Assembly (NCBI GenBank): GCA_049322915.1
Contig: JBMOPW010000034.1
Coordinates: 64,001-128,000 of the forward strand
DNA from: Candidatus Zhuqueibacterota bacterium
Lineage (GTDB): Bacteria; Zhuqueibacterota; Zhuqueibacteria; Thermofontimicrobiales; Thermofontimicrobiaceae
DNA length: 64,000 nucleotides
Reading direction: 5' to 3'
The stretch's first letter is position 1; every line of letters starts with the position of its first letter. The notes beneath the pieces are model-generated. The model did no database searches. It worked only from the letters and a program-made list of their open reading frames with translations, and was not told the origin of the DNA. Made by a program: the position numbers and the translations under genes. Below are positions 55,519 to 64,000 of the stretch, piece by piece.

Positions 55519-57225
55519 ATGTCCAATATCATCTCGTACGAGAAACGAATTCAGGATTTTAGCTGGTCGATTTCAGAGAAGGAACTGGGACATGAAAAAG
55601 GAAATGTCATCAATATTGGCTGGTACTGTTCCGACCGAATTTGTCAGATGGGAAAGGCCGAAAAGACTGCGTTGATCTGGGAAGGATTCGGCGGCAAAGA
55701 AAGGCAGTACACGTTCAATGAGATTCGCCTGGCCAGTAACGCTATTGGCTCCTTTCTAAGGCAAATTGGCATCAAAGACGGGGACAGAGTCTGCCTGTTT
55801 TTGGATAAAGTGCCGGAGTTGTATATCGGATTTCTGGGCATTTTGAAAATCGGGGCTATTGCACAGCCACTTTTCTCCGCCTTTGGTGACGAGTCCCTGT
55901 TTGTCCGACTGGAAAATGCGGAGACGAACGCCATTATCACGCAGCGGAAGCATGTTGCAAAAGTCCGGAAAATTCGTGAGTCGCTTCCGTCGTTGAAGCA
56001 TATCATCATTGTGGATCATGACGATAAAAAGCCGCTGCAGGAACGCGAGATTGCATTTTCACTGGATGACGCTGATCCGGTCGAACATCTGGAAATTCAT
56101 CCAACCAGGGCAGAATCGCCGTCAGTCATTCATTACACGTCCGGAACGACCGGGCAGCCGAAAGGCGTTCAGCACGTCCATTATTCCCTCATCTCCCAAT
56201 ACCTCACCACCAAATGGGTACTGGATTTGCTGGACGATGATATTTATTGGTGCACCGCAGATCCGGGCTGGGTCACTGGTACGTCCTATGGAATCATCGG
56301 GCCCTGGAGTATGGGGATCACGCAGTGCGTGCTGGACGTTGGCTTTGGCGCCGAACATTGGTACCGATTCATTGAGAAGAATAAAGTCACTGTCTGGTAC
56401 TCCGCTCCCACAGCAATCCGCTCGCTGATGAAAGCCGGCGATGAAATAGTCAATAAATTCGATATGTCCACCCTGCGCCATCTGGCAAGCGTTGGCGAGC
56501 CGCTCAATGCGGAGGCTGTGGTCTGGTCGGAAAAAGTATTTGGCCTGCCCTTTCACGATACTTTCTGGCAGACGGAGACCGGCTCAATAATGATCAGCAA
56601 TTATCCGGGCATGAAGATCAAGCCGGGATCCATGGGTAAGCCTTTCCCTGGAATCAACGGCACTGTCATCAGCGCCGAGACCTATCAGCCATTTGATGGC
56701 CCGGGGAAAATTGGACTCATTGCCTTCCAACCGGGCTGGCCGGCCATGATGCGGACTTATTGGAAGAATGAAAAGACGTACAAGAGCAAGTTTGTGAACG
56801 GCTGGTATCTTTCCGGCGATCGCGCGAGCATTGACAAAGACGGTTACTTCTGGTTCGTCGGCCGGGACGATGATGTCATCAATACCGGCGGCCATCTCGT
56901 CAGTCCGTTCGAAGTCGAATCTGCGCTGCTCGAATTTCCGGCAGTGGCAGAATCAGCCGTGGTGAGCAAACCGGATCCCATCAACATGGAGGTCGTCAAA
57001 GCCTTCGTGGCGTTGAAACCGGGCTACTCTCCCAATTCTGATATCGAGCTGGAGATAATGAACTTCATCCGCAAAAAACTTTCTCCGTTGGCCATGCCCC
57101 AGGAGATCGAATTTGTCGAATCCCTGCCCAAAACGCGCAGCGGAAAAATTATGCGGCGATTGCTTCATGCGAAAGAATGGGGCGAGGAAATTGGCGACAC
57201 ATCCACGCTGGAAAATGATGCATAA
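55519..57225 (+). CDS. Acetate--CoA ligase-like adenylate-forming enzyme (possibly an ACP ligase)
   Basis: YTSGTTGQPKG, ADPGWVTG, FWQTETG, GRDDD, PKTRSGK; GGAGG RBS. Confidence 0.9.
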   Translation: MSNIISYEKRIQDFSWSISEKELGHEKGNVINIGWYCSDRICQMGKAEKTALIWEGFGGKERQYTFNEIRLASNAIGSFLRQIGIKDGDRVCLFLDKVPELYIGFLGILKIGAIAQPLFSAFGDESLFVRLENAETNAIITQRKHVAKVRKIRESLPSLKHIIIVDHDDKKPLQEREIAFSLDDADPVEHLEIHPTRAESPSVIHYTSGTTGQPKGVQHVHYSLISQYLTTKWVLDLLDDDIYWCTADPGWVTGTSYGIIGPWSMGITQCVLDVGFGAEHWYRFIEKNKVTVWYSAPTAIRSLMKAGDEIVNKFDMSTLRHLASVGEPLNAEAVVWSEKVFGLPFHDTFWQTETGSIMISNYPGMKIKPGSMGKPFPGINGTVISAETYQPFDGPGKIGLIAFQPGWPAMMRTYWKNEKTYKSKFVNGWYLSGDRASIDKDGYFWFVGRDDDVINTGGHLVSPFEVESALLEFPAVAESAVVSKPDPINMEVVKAFVALKPGYSPNSDIELEIMNFIRKKLSPLAMPQEIEFVESLPKTRSGKIMRRLLHAKEWGEEIGDTSTLENDA

Positions 57226-57323
57226 TTTGGGGCAATTGTCAGCCTGATTTAACTGTTTGAATATCTTTTCGCTTAAATCGAGTGAATAGTTGTCAGCTTT
57301 CAACCATCAGCTAAAAAAAAATC

Positions 57324-57672
57324 GTAACTGTTCAGTCACAAAGTCTCAAAGGCGCGAGGAAAAAAATACATCTACCCTGAATTATTCATGAACTTGCTCA
57401 GAATTTGAGTCAACATTCATATTTTCAATTAGCTAAAGGCTAAGCTATTTTGAAACTCAGTTTTTATATGTTTATTCTAAAAAGAGCACCATTCAGGTTA
57501 GCCAGCCTCCTCTAAAAATATTATGAATAATGCAGGCTAACTTATCGATTCAGTAAAGCTGAACGTGGATTAAAAATATGAATTGCCCAAGATAAGAACG
57601 AATAAAATGACATGTTCGAGTAACTTTGTAGCGTGGTGACTTCGCGGCGAGACTACATGCCTGGATAGCGAC
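57324..57672. mobile_element. Composite MITE/REP-like element, copy B (inverted relative to A)
   Basis: Ends GTAACTGTTCAG / CTGGATAGCGAC. Arms match copy A at 42/51 and 48/65 positions (manual count). Confidence 0.7.
57375..57537 (-). mobile_element. 163-bp MITE, copy B
   Basis: Reverse complement of 50824-50986, TA on both sides. Confidence 0.8.
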
Positions 57673-57764
57673 GAAAATTCTCTTTAACCCGGAACCGGGA
57701 GCCTTTAAACATGGAACCTTAGTGGTTACAAAATTTCATAAAAATTTAATTAATCAAAAGGAGA

Positions 57765-58016
57765 TTGAAGATGGATGACATGCAAAAAATCATTTTGGAA
57801 TACGTGCGGAACGAGTACCTTGAAGATGAAGACGAAGAACTTGACGTCGATACCCCGCTCATTTCCGGCGGCATTGTGGATTCGTTTTCTATGGTTTCAT
57901 TGAAACGATTTTTGGAGAATAAATATAAAATTTCCATTCCCGATGACAAGGCCACACCCGAAGCGTTCGACACGGTCGATAACATCTGCCAACTGGTGCG
58001 GCATTATCTGAAATAG
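57765..58016 (+). CDS. Stand-alone acyl carrier protein (DltC-like type; start 57765 or 57771)
   Basis: Acidic 83-aa protein with the phosphopantetheine site GIVDSFSMV. Confidence 0.9.
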   Translation: MKMDDMQKIILEYVRNEYLEDEDEELDVDTPLISGGIVDSFSMVSLKRFLENKYKISIPDDKATPEAFDTVDNICQLVRHYLK

Positions 58017-58216
58017 CGCCGGCATAAATCAGGATGGCTATTCCGCCAGCGACTGACCAAATGCAAGCTGGATAACCTTTTTCTCAGCGTCACAGATCGA
58101 TCCGACTGCGGCCCACGAATGCGTTGACGATCTGGTCATGGCCAATTGAAGTGTCACTGGAACGAGGCTCATGATTCACATTCACTTAACATTCCTACAG
58201 AAAACAGGAGAGCAAC

Positions 58217-59464
58217 ATGGCATATAGCGATAAAGTCAGACATATTTATCAGGACGAAATTAAGAATATACAAGATTTAGGCTTATTCAAAGTTGAACGA
58301 TTTATTCATGATCCACAAGCTGCCGATATTTCTGTGGAGTTCCCGACTGGCGCGTCGTTGAAAAAAGTGATTAACATGTGCGCCAATAATTATCTTGGCC
58401 TCTCCAGCCACCCGGACGTCGTGAAAGCGGCTCACGAAGGATTGGATCACCGCGGCTATGGAATGTCTTCTGTCCGTTTCATCTGCGGAACACAGGATAT
58501 TCACGATCAATTGGAAAAAATGATGACCCAATTTCTGGGAACCGAAGACACCATTCTCTTCCCTTCGTGCATGGACGCCAACGCCGGCGTATTTGAAGCC
58601 GTACTCGGAGAGAACGATGTGATGATTTCCGATCGATTGGTTCATGCGTCCATCATCGATGGCATTCGATTGTGCAAGGCACAGACCGATACGTTCAAAC
58701 ACTCCAACATGGAACATCTGGAAGAGAAATTACAATTGCATTCGGACAAACGTTTGAAAGTCATTATTACGGATGGCGTTTTTTCCATGGACGGCGATAC
58801 CGCCCGGCTGGATGAGATAGTCGCGTTGGCCGAAAAATACGATGCGTTGGTCTTTGTGGATGACTCCCACTCTTCCGGCTTCATCGGCAAAACCGGTCGC
58901 GGCACCCATGAAAAATACGGCGTCATGGGAAAAATCGATATCATCACTACGACTTTTGGTAAGGCATTAGGCGGCGCTTCCGGCGGCTGTGTTTCCGGAC
59001 GCAAGGAAATTGTTCAGCTATGCCGTCAGAAGGCTCGCCCCTATCTGTTCTCCAACACGATGGCGCCGGTGATTGTTTCCGGAGTCCTTCGCGTGCTGGA
59101 AATCCTGTCTAAAAGCACCGAGCGTCGGGACAAATTGGAGCGTAACACAGAATACTGGCGCAAAGGATTGTCAGACGCCGGATTCATTTTGAAAGAAGGC
59201 GATACGCCCATCGTTCCGGTCATGTTGTTCAACGCGAAGCTGTCCCAGGATATTTCCAAAGACCTGTACGCCGAGGGCATTTACGCTGTTGGATTTTTCT
59301 TCCCGGTGGTTCCGAAAGGCCAGGCTCGAATCAGAACTCAAATTTCCGCCGGCCATGAAATCCATCACCTCGATAAAGCACTGGACGCATTCACCAAAGT
59401 TGGGAAAAAATATAATATCCTGGGCAAGACAAAGCAGGAAATCATTGATATGTATGGGATATAA
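58217..59464 (+). CDS. kbl: Glycine C-acetyltransferase (Kbl)-like alpha-oxoamine synthase
   Basis: CANNYLGL, SVRFICGT, HASIIDG, DGVFSMDG, FGKALGG, RPYLFSN, ARIRTQIS. Confidence 0.9.
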   Translation: MAYSDKVRHIYQDEIKNIQDLGLFKVERFIHDPQAADISVEFPTGASLKKVINMCANNYLGLSSHPDVVKAAHEGLDHRGYGMSSVRFICGTQDIHDQLEKMMTQFLGTEDTILFPSCMDANAGVFEAVLGENDVMISDRLVHASIIDGIRLCKAQTDTFKHSNMEHLEEKLQLHSDKRLKVIITDGVFSMDGDTARLDEIVALAEKYDALVFVDDSHSSGFIGKTGRGTHEKYGVMGKIDIITTTFGKALGGASGGCVSGRKEIVQLCRQKARPYLFSNTMAPVIVSGVLRVLEILSKSTERRDKLERNTEYWRKGLSDAGFILKEGDTPIVPVMLFNAKLSQDISKDLYAEGIYAVGFFFPVVPKGQARIRTQISAGHEIHHLDKALDAFTKVGKKYNILGKTKQEIIDMYGI

Positions 59465-59478
59465 CCTATTGAAATCTG

Positions 59479-59535
59479 AATCCATCGGATCCCGGCATGC
59501 TGCAAAGTCAACGCATCGCCTGGATCCGATGGATT
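59479..59535. repeat. Strong intergenic hairpin between kbl and prs
   Basis: Perfect 14-bp stem AATCCATCGGATCC / GGATCCGATGGATT with further internal pairing; no T-tail. Confidence 0.7.
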
Positions 59536-59619
59536 GGCTCGCGCAGTTCATCATTATCACAACAGTAGTGACATGCTGCAATGGTGTCGAAAGAATTGTA
59601 AACATGAAAGGAGGTCACA

Positions 59620-60567
59620 ATGCTCGGTGAAATGAAAGTCTTCTCAGGAAGTTCGAATCCTGAATTGGCCGTCAATATTTGCAAATATCTCAACATTCCC
59701 CTGAGCCAGTCCAGCACATTCAGATTTTCCGAAGGGAATGTCTATGTGAAAATTCAGGAAAGCGTCCGTCAGGCGCACGTATTTTTTATTCAGTCCGGAG
59801 CCCATCCGATTAATGACCTGATCATGGAAACTCTTTTTTTTATTGATGCGTTTAAACGTTCAAGCGCTGCATCGGTGACGGTGATTCTGCCCTATTTTCC
59901 ATATACCAAAGGGGATAAAAAAGACGAGCCGCGAGTTTCCATTCGGGCCAAAGTCGTTTCGGAAATCATCGAAGCCACTGGCGCGAATCGCGTGTTGACC
60001 ATGGATTTGCAGCCTCCTCAAATTCAGGGATTTTTTAACATTCCAGTCGATAATCTCTACGCGCTGCCGGTTTTTTGTGAGTACCTCAATACAATTCGAC
60101 TCAAGGATACCATCATTGTTGCGCCCGATTTTGGCGCGGCGCGAATGGCCAACCGATTTGCGCTTCAACTCAACTGCCCTGTCGCTGTCGCCAGCAAGCG
60201 ACGGCTCGGCCACACGGAAGAGGTGGAGCTCACGCAGATCTTTGGCGATGTGGAAAATAAAGACGTCATCATCGTGGACGACATGGTGATCAGCGGCGGC
60301 ACTTTGCTTGAAATTAGCAAATCTCTAAAAAATCAGGGCGCGGCAAACATCTATGCTTGTATCAGCCATGCGCTTCTCAGCGATAAATTTTTAACCAGTC
60401 TGGAGACCAGTGAAATTGACCAATTAATTGTGACTGATTCTATTCCATTTTCTCAAAAAGGAAATAAAAAAGTCATACAGATTTCCGTGGCCAGGTTATT
60501 CAGCGAAGCAATTTCAAGTATTTATTATGGGGATTCCATCAGCACGTTATTCAAGGATGTTGAGTAA
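59620..60567 (+). CDS. prs: Ribose-phosphate pyrophosphokinase (divergent)
   Basis: FSEG, QIQGFF, VAPDFGA, VDDMVISGGT, TDSIP. Confidence 0.9.
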   Translation: MLGEMKVFSGSSNPELAVNICKYLNIPLSQSSTFRFSEGNVYVKIQESVRQAHVFFIQSGAHPINDLIMETLFFIDAFKRSSAASVTVILPYFPYTKGDKKDEPRVSIRAKVVSEIIEATGANRVLTMDLQPPQIQGFFNIPVDNLYALPVFCEYLNTIRLKDTIIVAPDFGAARMANRFALQLNCPVAVASKRRLGHTEEVELTQIFGDVENKDVIIVDDMVISGGTLLEISKSLKNQGAANIYACISHALLSDKFLTSLETSEIDQLIVTDSIPFSQKGNKKVIQISVARLFSEAISSIYYGDSISTLFKDVE

Positions 60568-60587
60568 TTTTCTTCGGGTATTTTCTC

Positions 60588-62453
60588 ATGGAGGGTGGTA
60601 TGCTACCACGGCGCAACACGTTTAAAAAATTTCCTTCCATCGCATTGTCTTTGTATTTGACGCTGACCTGCATTTTTGTTCTGGGCTGGAAAGACGCATC
60701 CGCGCAGAGCGCGATTTCATACTACATCGAAATCGATGAGGAGCATTGGAATTCCTTCTTTGTTGCGCTGACAATTCAAAATAATGTGGCTGACCAGTTT
60801 CTATGCCAGATTCCCCGGTGGAGTCCTGTCTCTCCCACGGCATGCGAATATCACACAAATATTTTTGATTTTGAAGCCAAAGGCGACATGGGGCAATCGC
60901 TGGAAGTGACAAAGTTAAATTCACATTCCTGGCTCGTCGAGTGCCAGAAGAGCACGGTCGTCATAATTTCCTATAAAATCAAGGCCTCGTCAAATAACCT
61001 CTCCGGCATCAAATTGGACAGAAGTTTTGCGAGCGTCAATTGCGCCGCAACCTTCATGTCTATTCGCGAGTTGATGATGCAGCCGGTTCAGCTTGTTGTC
61101 CGCGTGCCACATGGCTGGAAACTGGCGACGGGTCTGCCGACCACTGAATCGTTCGAATATTTCGCTCAGGACTACAATCAACTGGCCAACAATATTTTGT
61201 ACATGGCGCCCTTTTTCAACACGGATTTTTCTTACAAAAACAGGAACTTTTTCCTGATCGTTGATGGGCCGCGCAATTTCAAAGTCAACAAATTGCTGAC
61301 GATCATCCAGCGATTGATCAAAGAGAGCTATCAAATATTCGGTGAATTGCCGTTTGACCAATACATGTTCATTTTCAAAAACCGCGAAAATCAATTTACG
61401 ATCACCTCGCAGTCATTCAGCAATTGCTCCGTCATCTATGTGCCGAGCCGCGTCTCAAAAGATGATCTCATTCAACTCAGCCAGGAAATTTCCAGCAGCC
61501 TGTATAAAACATGGAACGGGTCGAAGTTCGCCCCGCAAAGCTATCTTCAGAAAAATTACCAATTGATCCCGCGCTCCACAAATTTATGGGTCATTCTTGG
61601 TCTGAACGATTATCTCGGGCTTCTTTCCCTCATTCGGGCTGGGATCATTGAAAAAGAATATTTCATCCAATATCAGATTCGCCAGATCAATGACATACTC
61701 CGACAGAGAAATTTTCACGACAATTCAATCACTGACCTGAGCTACAATATCAGCGATTACGATTACTCCGAAGTCGCGGAGATTTTAAAGCTGAAAGGCC
61801 ATGTGCTGGGTTTTCTTCTCGATGTCTATATCCGTTCCAATACGGAGAACACTCGGTCTCTGGTCGATGTGTTGCAATTTCTCAACTCGTGGTTTGGACA
61901 GCAAAGTGAAGGGTACAGCGATACTCAGATTCTGCAAGCCATCAACTCCGTCACAGCGCTTAACCTGACCTCATTCTTTGATAAATACATCAACGGCACG
62001 CTGCCTTTCCCTTCGAAGGAAATTTTTGCCAAAGCCGGTATCTTCATCGAATCGGTTCAGGACACTCTGCCGGACTTCGGCCCCATTTCCATTTCTGAAA
62101 ATGACAATCGCGTCCTTGAAGTGCCGGAAGCCAGTCCCCTGGCGTTCGCCGGGCTGAAAGTAGGAGACAAGCTTCTGTCCATCAACGATTTGAAATTGCA
62201 GCATCCAATTCAATTTGATCGATTCGTCGATTCGCTGCACGTGGGACAGGAAACGGATTTGAACGTCCAGCGTCAGGGATTAATGCTGATGTTGAGCGCC
62301 AAGGTTGCCGGTAAAATTTGCCAGGTGTATAAACTCATCGATGCTATTCCCAAAAATGAGTTGCAGATTCAAATTCAGAACAGTATGTTTTTCACGGAAA
62401 CGGCTGAAAAAAAAGTTAATGCCACGGACACATTACCAAAACAAAAAGAATAA
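60588..62453 (+). CDS. M61 peptidase-like protein with PDZ domain, metal-binding motif lost (start uncertain)
   Basis: IPRWSP, WKLATGL, TWNG...NLWV, LLDVYIR, SPLAFAGLKVGD. No HExxH. Confidence 0.78.
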   Translation: MEGGMLPRRNTFKKFPSIALSLYLTLTCIFVLGWKDASAQSAISYYIEIDEEHWNSFFVALTIQNNVADQFLCQIPRWSPVSPTACEYHTNIFDFEAKGDMGQSLEVTKLNSHSWLVECQKSTVVIISYKIKASSNNLSGIKLDRSFASVNCAATFMSIRELMMQPVQLVVRVPHGWKLATGLPTTESFEYFAQDYNQLANNILYMAPFFNTDFSYKNRNFFLIVDGPRNFKVNKLLTIIQRLIKESYQIFGELPFDQYMFIFKNRENQFTITSQSFSNCSVIYVPSRVSKDDLIQLSQEISSSLYKTWNGSKFAPQSYLQKNYQLIPRSTNLWVILGLNDYLGLLSLIRAGIIEKEYFIQYQIRQINDILRQRNFHDNSITDLSYNISDYDYSEVAEILKLKGHVLGFLLDVYIRSNTENTRSLVDVLQFLNSWFGQQSEGYSDTQILQAINSVTALNLTSFFDKYINGTLPFPSKEIFAKAGIFIESVQDTLPDFGPISISENDNRVLEVPEASPLAFAGLKVGDKLLSINDLKLQHPIQFDRFVDSLHVGQETDLNVQRQGLMLMLSAKVAGKICQVYKLIDAIPKNELQIQIQNSMFFTETAEKKVNATDTLPKQKE

Positions 62454-62465
62454 TCCAGACCTTTT

Positions 62466-63749
62466 ATGAACGCACCCACCCGGCAGAAAAAATCTCTCAT
62501 CGGTCGCACCATGTACATTCCGCGCATGAGCTTCAGCGGCGCAAAATTGACGGCTGCGGCATTTCAATCAGTGGGCATATTCGCACAGCCTTCTCCCCCA
62601 TCTGATTCCAAAACCCTGGAATTGGGCGGCAAATATCTCAATGGCGACGAATGCCTCCCGGAGCGGGTCACTCTCGGAAATTTCCTGAAGGTGATCGAAT
62701 CCCCGTCGTTTAATCCTGAAAAAACCGCTTTTTTGTTGCCGACTGCCGGCGGTCCCTGTCGGTATGGGCAATATCAATCGCTGCTCAAAAAAATACTCAA
62801 GGATCGTGGATTCGATGAGGCCATGGTTGTTTCGCCTACCAGCAACGATGGCTACAATGGATTTGAATCAGCGCAGGGATTGATGCGCACCACGTGGCAT
62901 GCGATTTTGTGCGGCGATATTTTGAGAAAAATGCATCTTAAAATTCGTCCTTATGAATTGGAAAAAGGCCGCGCGAATGAGATATTCCACAAGAGTCTGG
63001 AGAATTTGAGCCGAATCATTGCCAATCCCAAACTCAGCGCCAGGGAACGGTTGGTGAAACTTCGTCAATCGCTGGTGGATGCCAGGGATCGCTATCACCG
63101 CATTTCGCTGAAATTTACTAAGGACAAACCCCTGATCGGCATCGTCGGCGAGATTTATTGCCGACTGAACGAATTCAGCAACGAATATCTGATCAATAAA
63201 ATTGAAGAATTCGGTGGGGAGGTCTGGATGGCTGACATCAGTGAATGGGTTTGGTACACCAACGATGAACAACGCCTGCGAATTATTCGCGCCGGCAAAA
63301 GGTTCTCGACCCAGATGATCGCCGCCAGAATCAAGTTCGCCGTTCAGCATCGGGATGAGCAATTCTTATTAGGCCCATTCAAACGGGATTTTGAAGGGTA
63401 CGAAGAACCGCACAGCGTGAAAAAAGTTTTGAACAACAGCCAGCCTTACCTTCCTCAGAAAGGTGCATTGGGGGAAATGGTGTTGAATGTCGGCAAATCC
63501 ATTTACCTGCATGAAAAAGGCGCGGACGGCGTTATCGACATCAGTCCCTTCACGTGCATGAACGGCGTTGTGTGCCAGGTTGTCTATCCGCAGGTGAGCA
63601 AGCACCACGATGACATTCCGATCCGGCTATTTTATTTTGACGGAACGCAACTCGACCTGGATCGGGATGTCGGCATCTTTTTAGAATTAGCCCGAAGTTA
63701 CATGAAAAAAAAGTATCAAAAGCGAGTTTATCCATATTACTTTAATTAA
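62466..63749 (+). CDS. Protein related to the C-terminal region of acyl-CoA dehydratase activase fusions
   Basis: ECLP, GPCRYGQY, IGIVGEIY, PFTCM; no ATPase domain. Confidence 0.75.
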   Translation: MNAPTRQKKSLIGRTMYIPRMSFSGAKLTAAAFQSVGIFAQPSPPSDSKTLELGGKYLNGDECLPERVTLGNFLKVIESPSFNPEKTAFLLPTAGGPCRYGQYQSLLKKILKDRGFDEAMVVSPTSNDGYNGFESAQGLMRTTWHAILCGDILRKMHLKIRPYELEKGRANEIFHKSLENLSRIIANPKLSARERLVKLRQSLVDARDRYHRISLKFTKDKPLIGIVGEIYCRLNEFSNEYLINKIEEFGGEVWMADISEWVWYTNDEQRLRIIRAGKRFSTQMIAARIKFAVQHRDEQFLLGPFKRDFEGYEEPHSVKKVLNNSQPYLPQKGALGEMVLNVGKSIYLHEKGADGVIDISPFTCMNGVVCQVVYPQVSKHHDDIPIRLFYFDGTQLDLDRDVGIFLELARSYMKKKYQKRVYPYYFN

Positions 63750-63761
63750 CTTGAGGGAGCT

Positions 63762-64000
63762 ATGAGACGATCTGCCATTTTAATTCTGTGTCTTGTTTTG
63801 TCAACCGCATTATTTTCTCAGGATAAAGCCCAATACCTGACCGAAGAAAAGGATGGGAATACCCGACAGGTATTTACCCTGGATTTTTCGAAACTCAAGA
63901 AACCGAATGAGTATGGTGATTTCAAGACCTTGTTCCACATGCCTCCAATTACTCAGGACAATACAGGCACATGCTGGTGTTTTGCCACAGTTTCCTTTTT
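63762..64000 (+). CDS. Secreted papain-family (C1) cysteine peptidase, partial
   Basis: Not in the ORF track. MRRSAILILCLVLSTALFSQ...QDNTGTCWCFATVSF carries the Q-x3-G-x-CW motif. GGAG RBS. Confidence 0.85.
   Translation, partial: MRRSAILILCLVLSTALFSQDKAQYLTEEKDGNTRQVFTLDFSKLKKPNEYGDFKTLFHMPPITQDNTGTCWCFATVSF

Overview
Bacterial chromosome segment. The T9SS/FlgD-type C-terminal domains (QNYPNPFN...WDG...KKL) and gene content suggest an FCB-group lineage such as KSB1 or Calditrichota; this is inference only. Left to right: (1) partial ypfJ-like peptidase; (2) a five-gene envelope operon (961-13895) behind a sigma54-type promoter, encoding a CsgG/FlgO-TPR lipoprotein, a non-catalytic FGE/CLec protein, a 2821-aa protein with 14 Ig-like repeats plus LamG and a sorting domain, a beta-barrel and a second CsgG/FlgO-TPR protein; (3) an AT-rich housekeeping block with four tRNAs, thrS-infC-rpmI-rplT, zapB/zapA, a probable compact 6S RNA, rny-ymdB-folD and tRNA-Arg; (4) a dif-like Xer site at 24171-24198 where gene orientation flips, followed by minus-strand nadC, a TPR protein, uvrD/pcrA, mltG, polX and leuS; (5) a PAS hybrid kinase; (6) an HMG-CoA reductase-mevalonate kinase-ubiX-ubiD operon matching part of the archaeal-type mevalonate pathway; (7) an Omp85/PQQ/PEGA operon, a GGDEF protein and a secreted PLD-family protein; (8) a tdh-acpS-acyl-AMP ligase-ACP-kbl-prs cluster interrupted by one of two inverted nested MITE-like elements; (9) an M61-like pseudo-peptidase, a CoA-activase-related protein and a partial C1 peptidase. 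The best candidates for undescribed biology are the modular adhesin operon with possible donor-strand coupling, the ACP-dependent Kbl/Tdh cluster and the archaeal-type MVA operon. All calls come from motif recognition by eye; no database searches were run.
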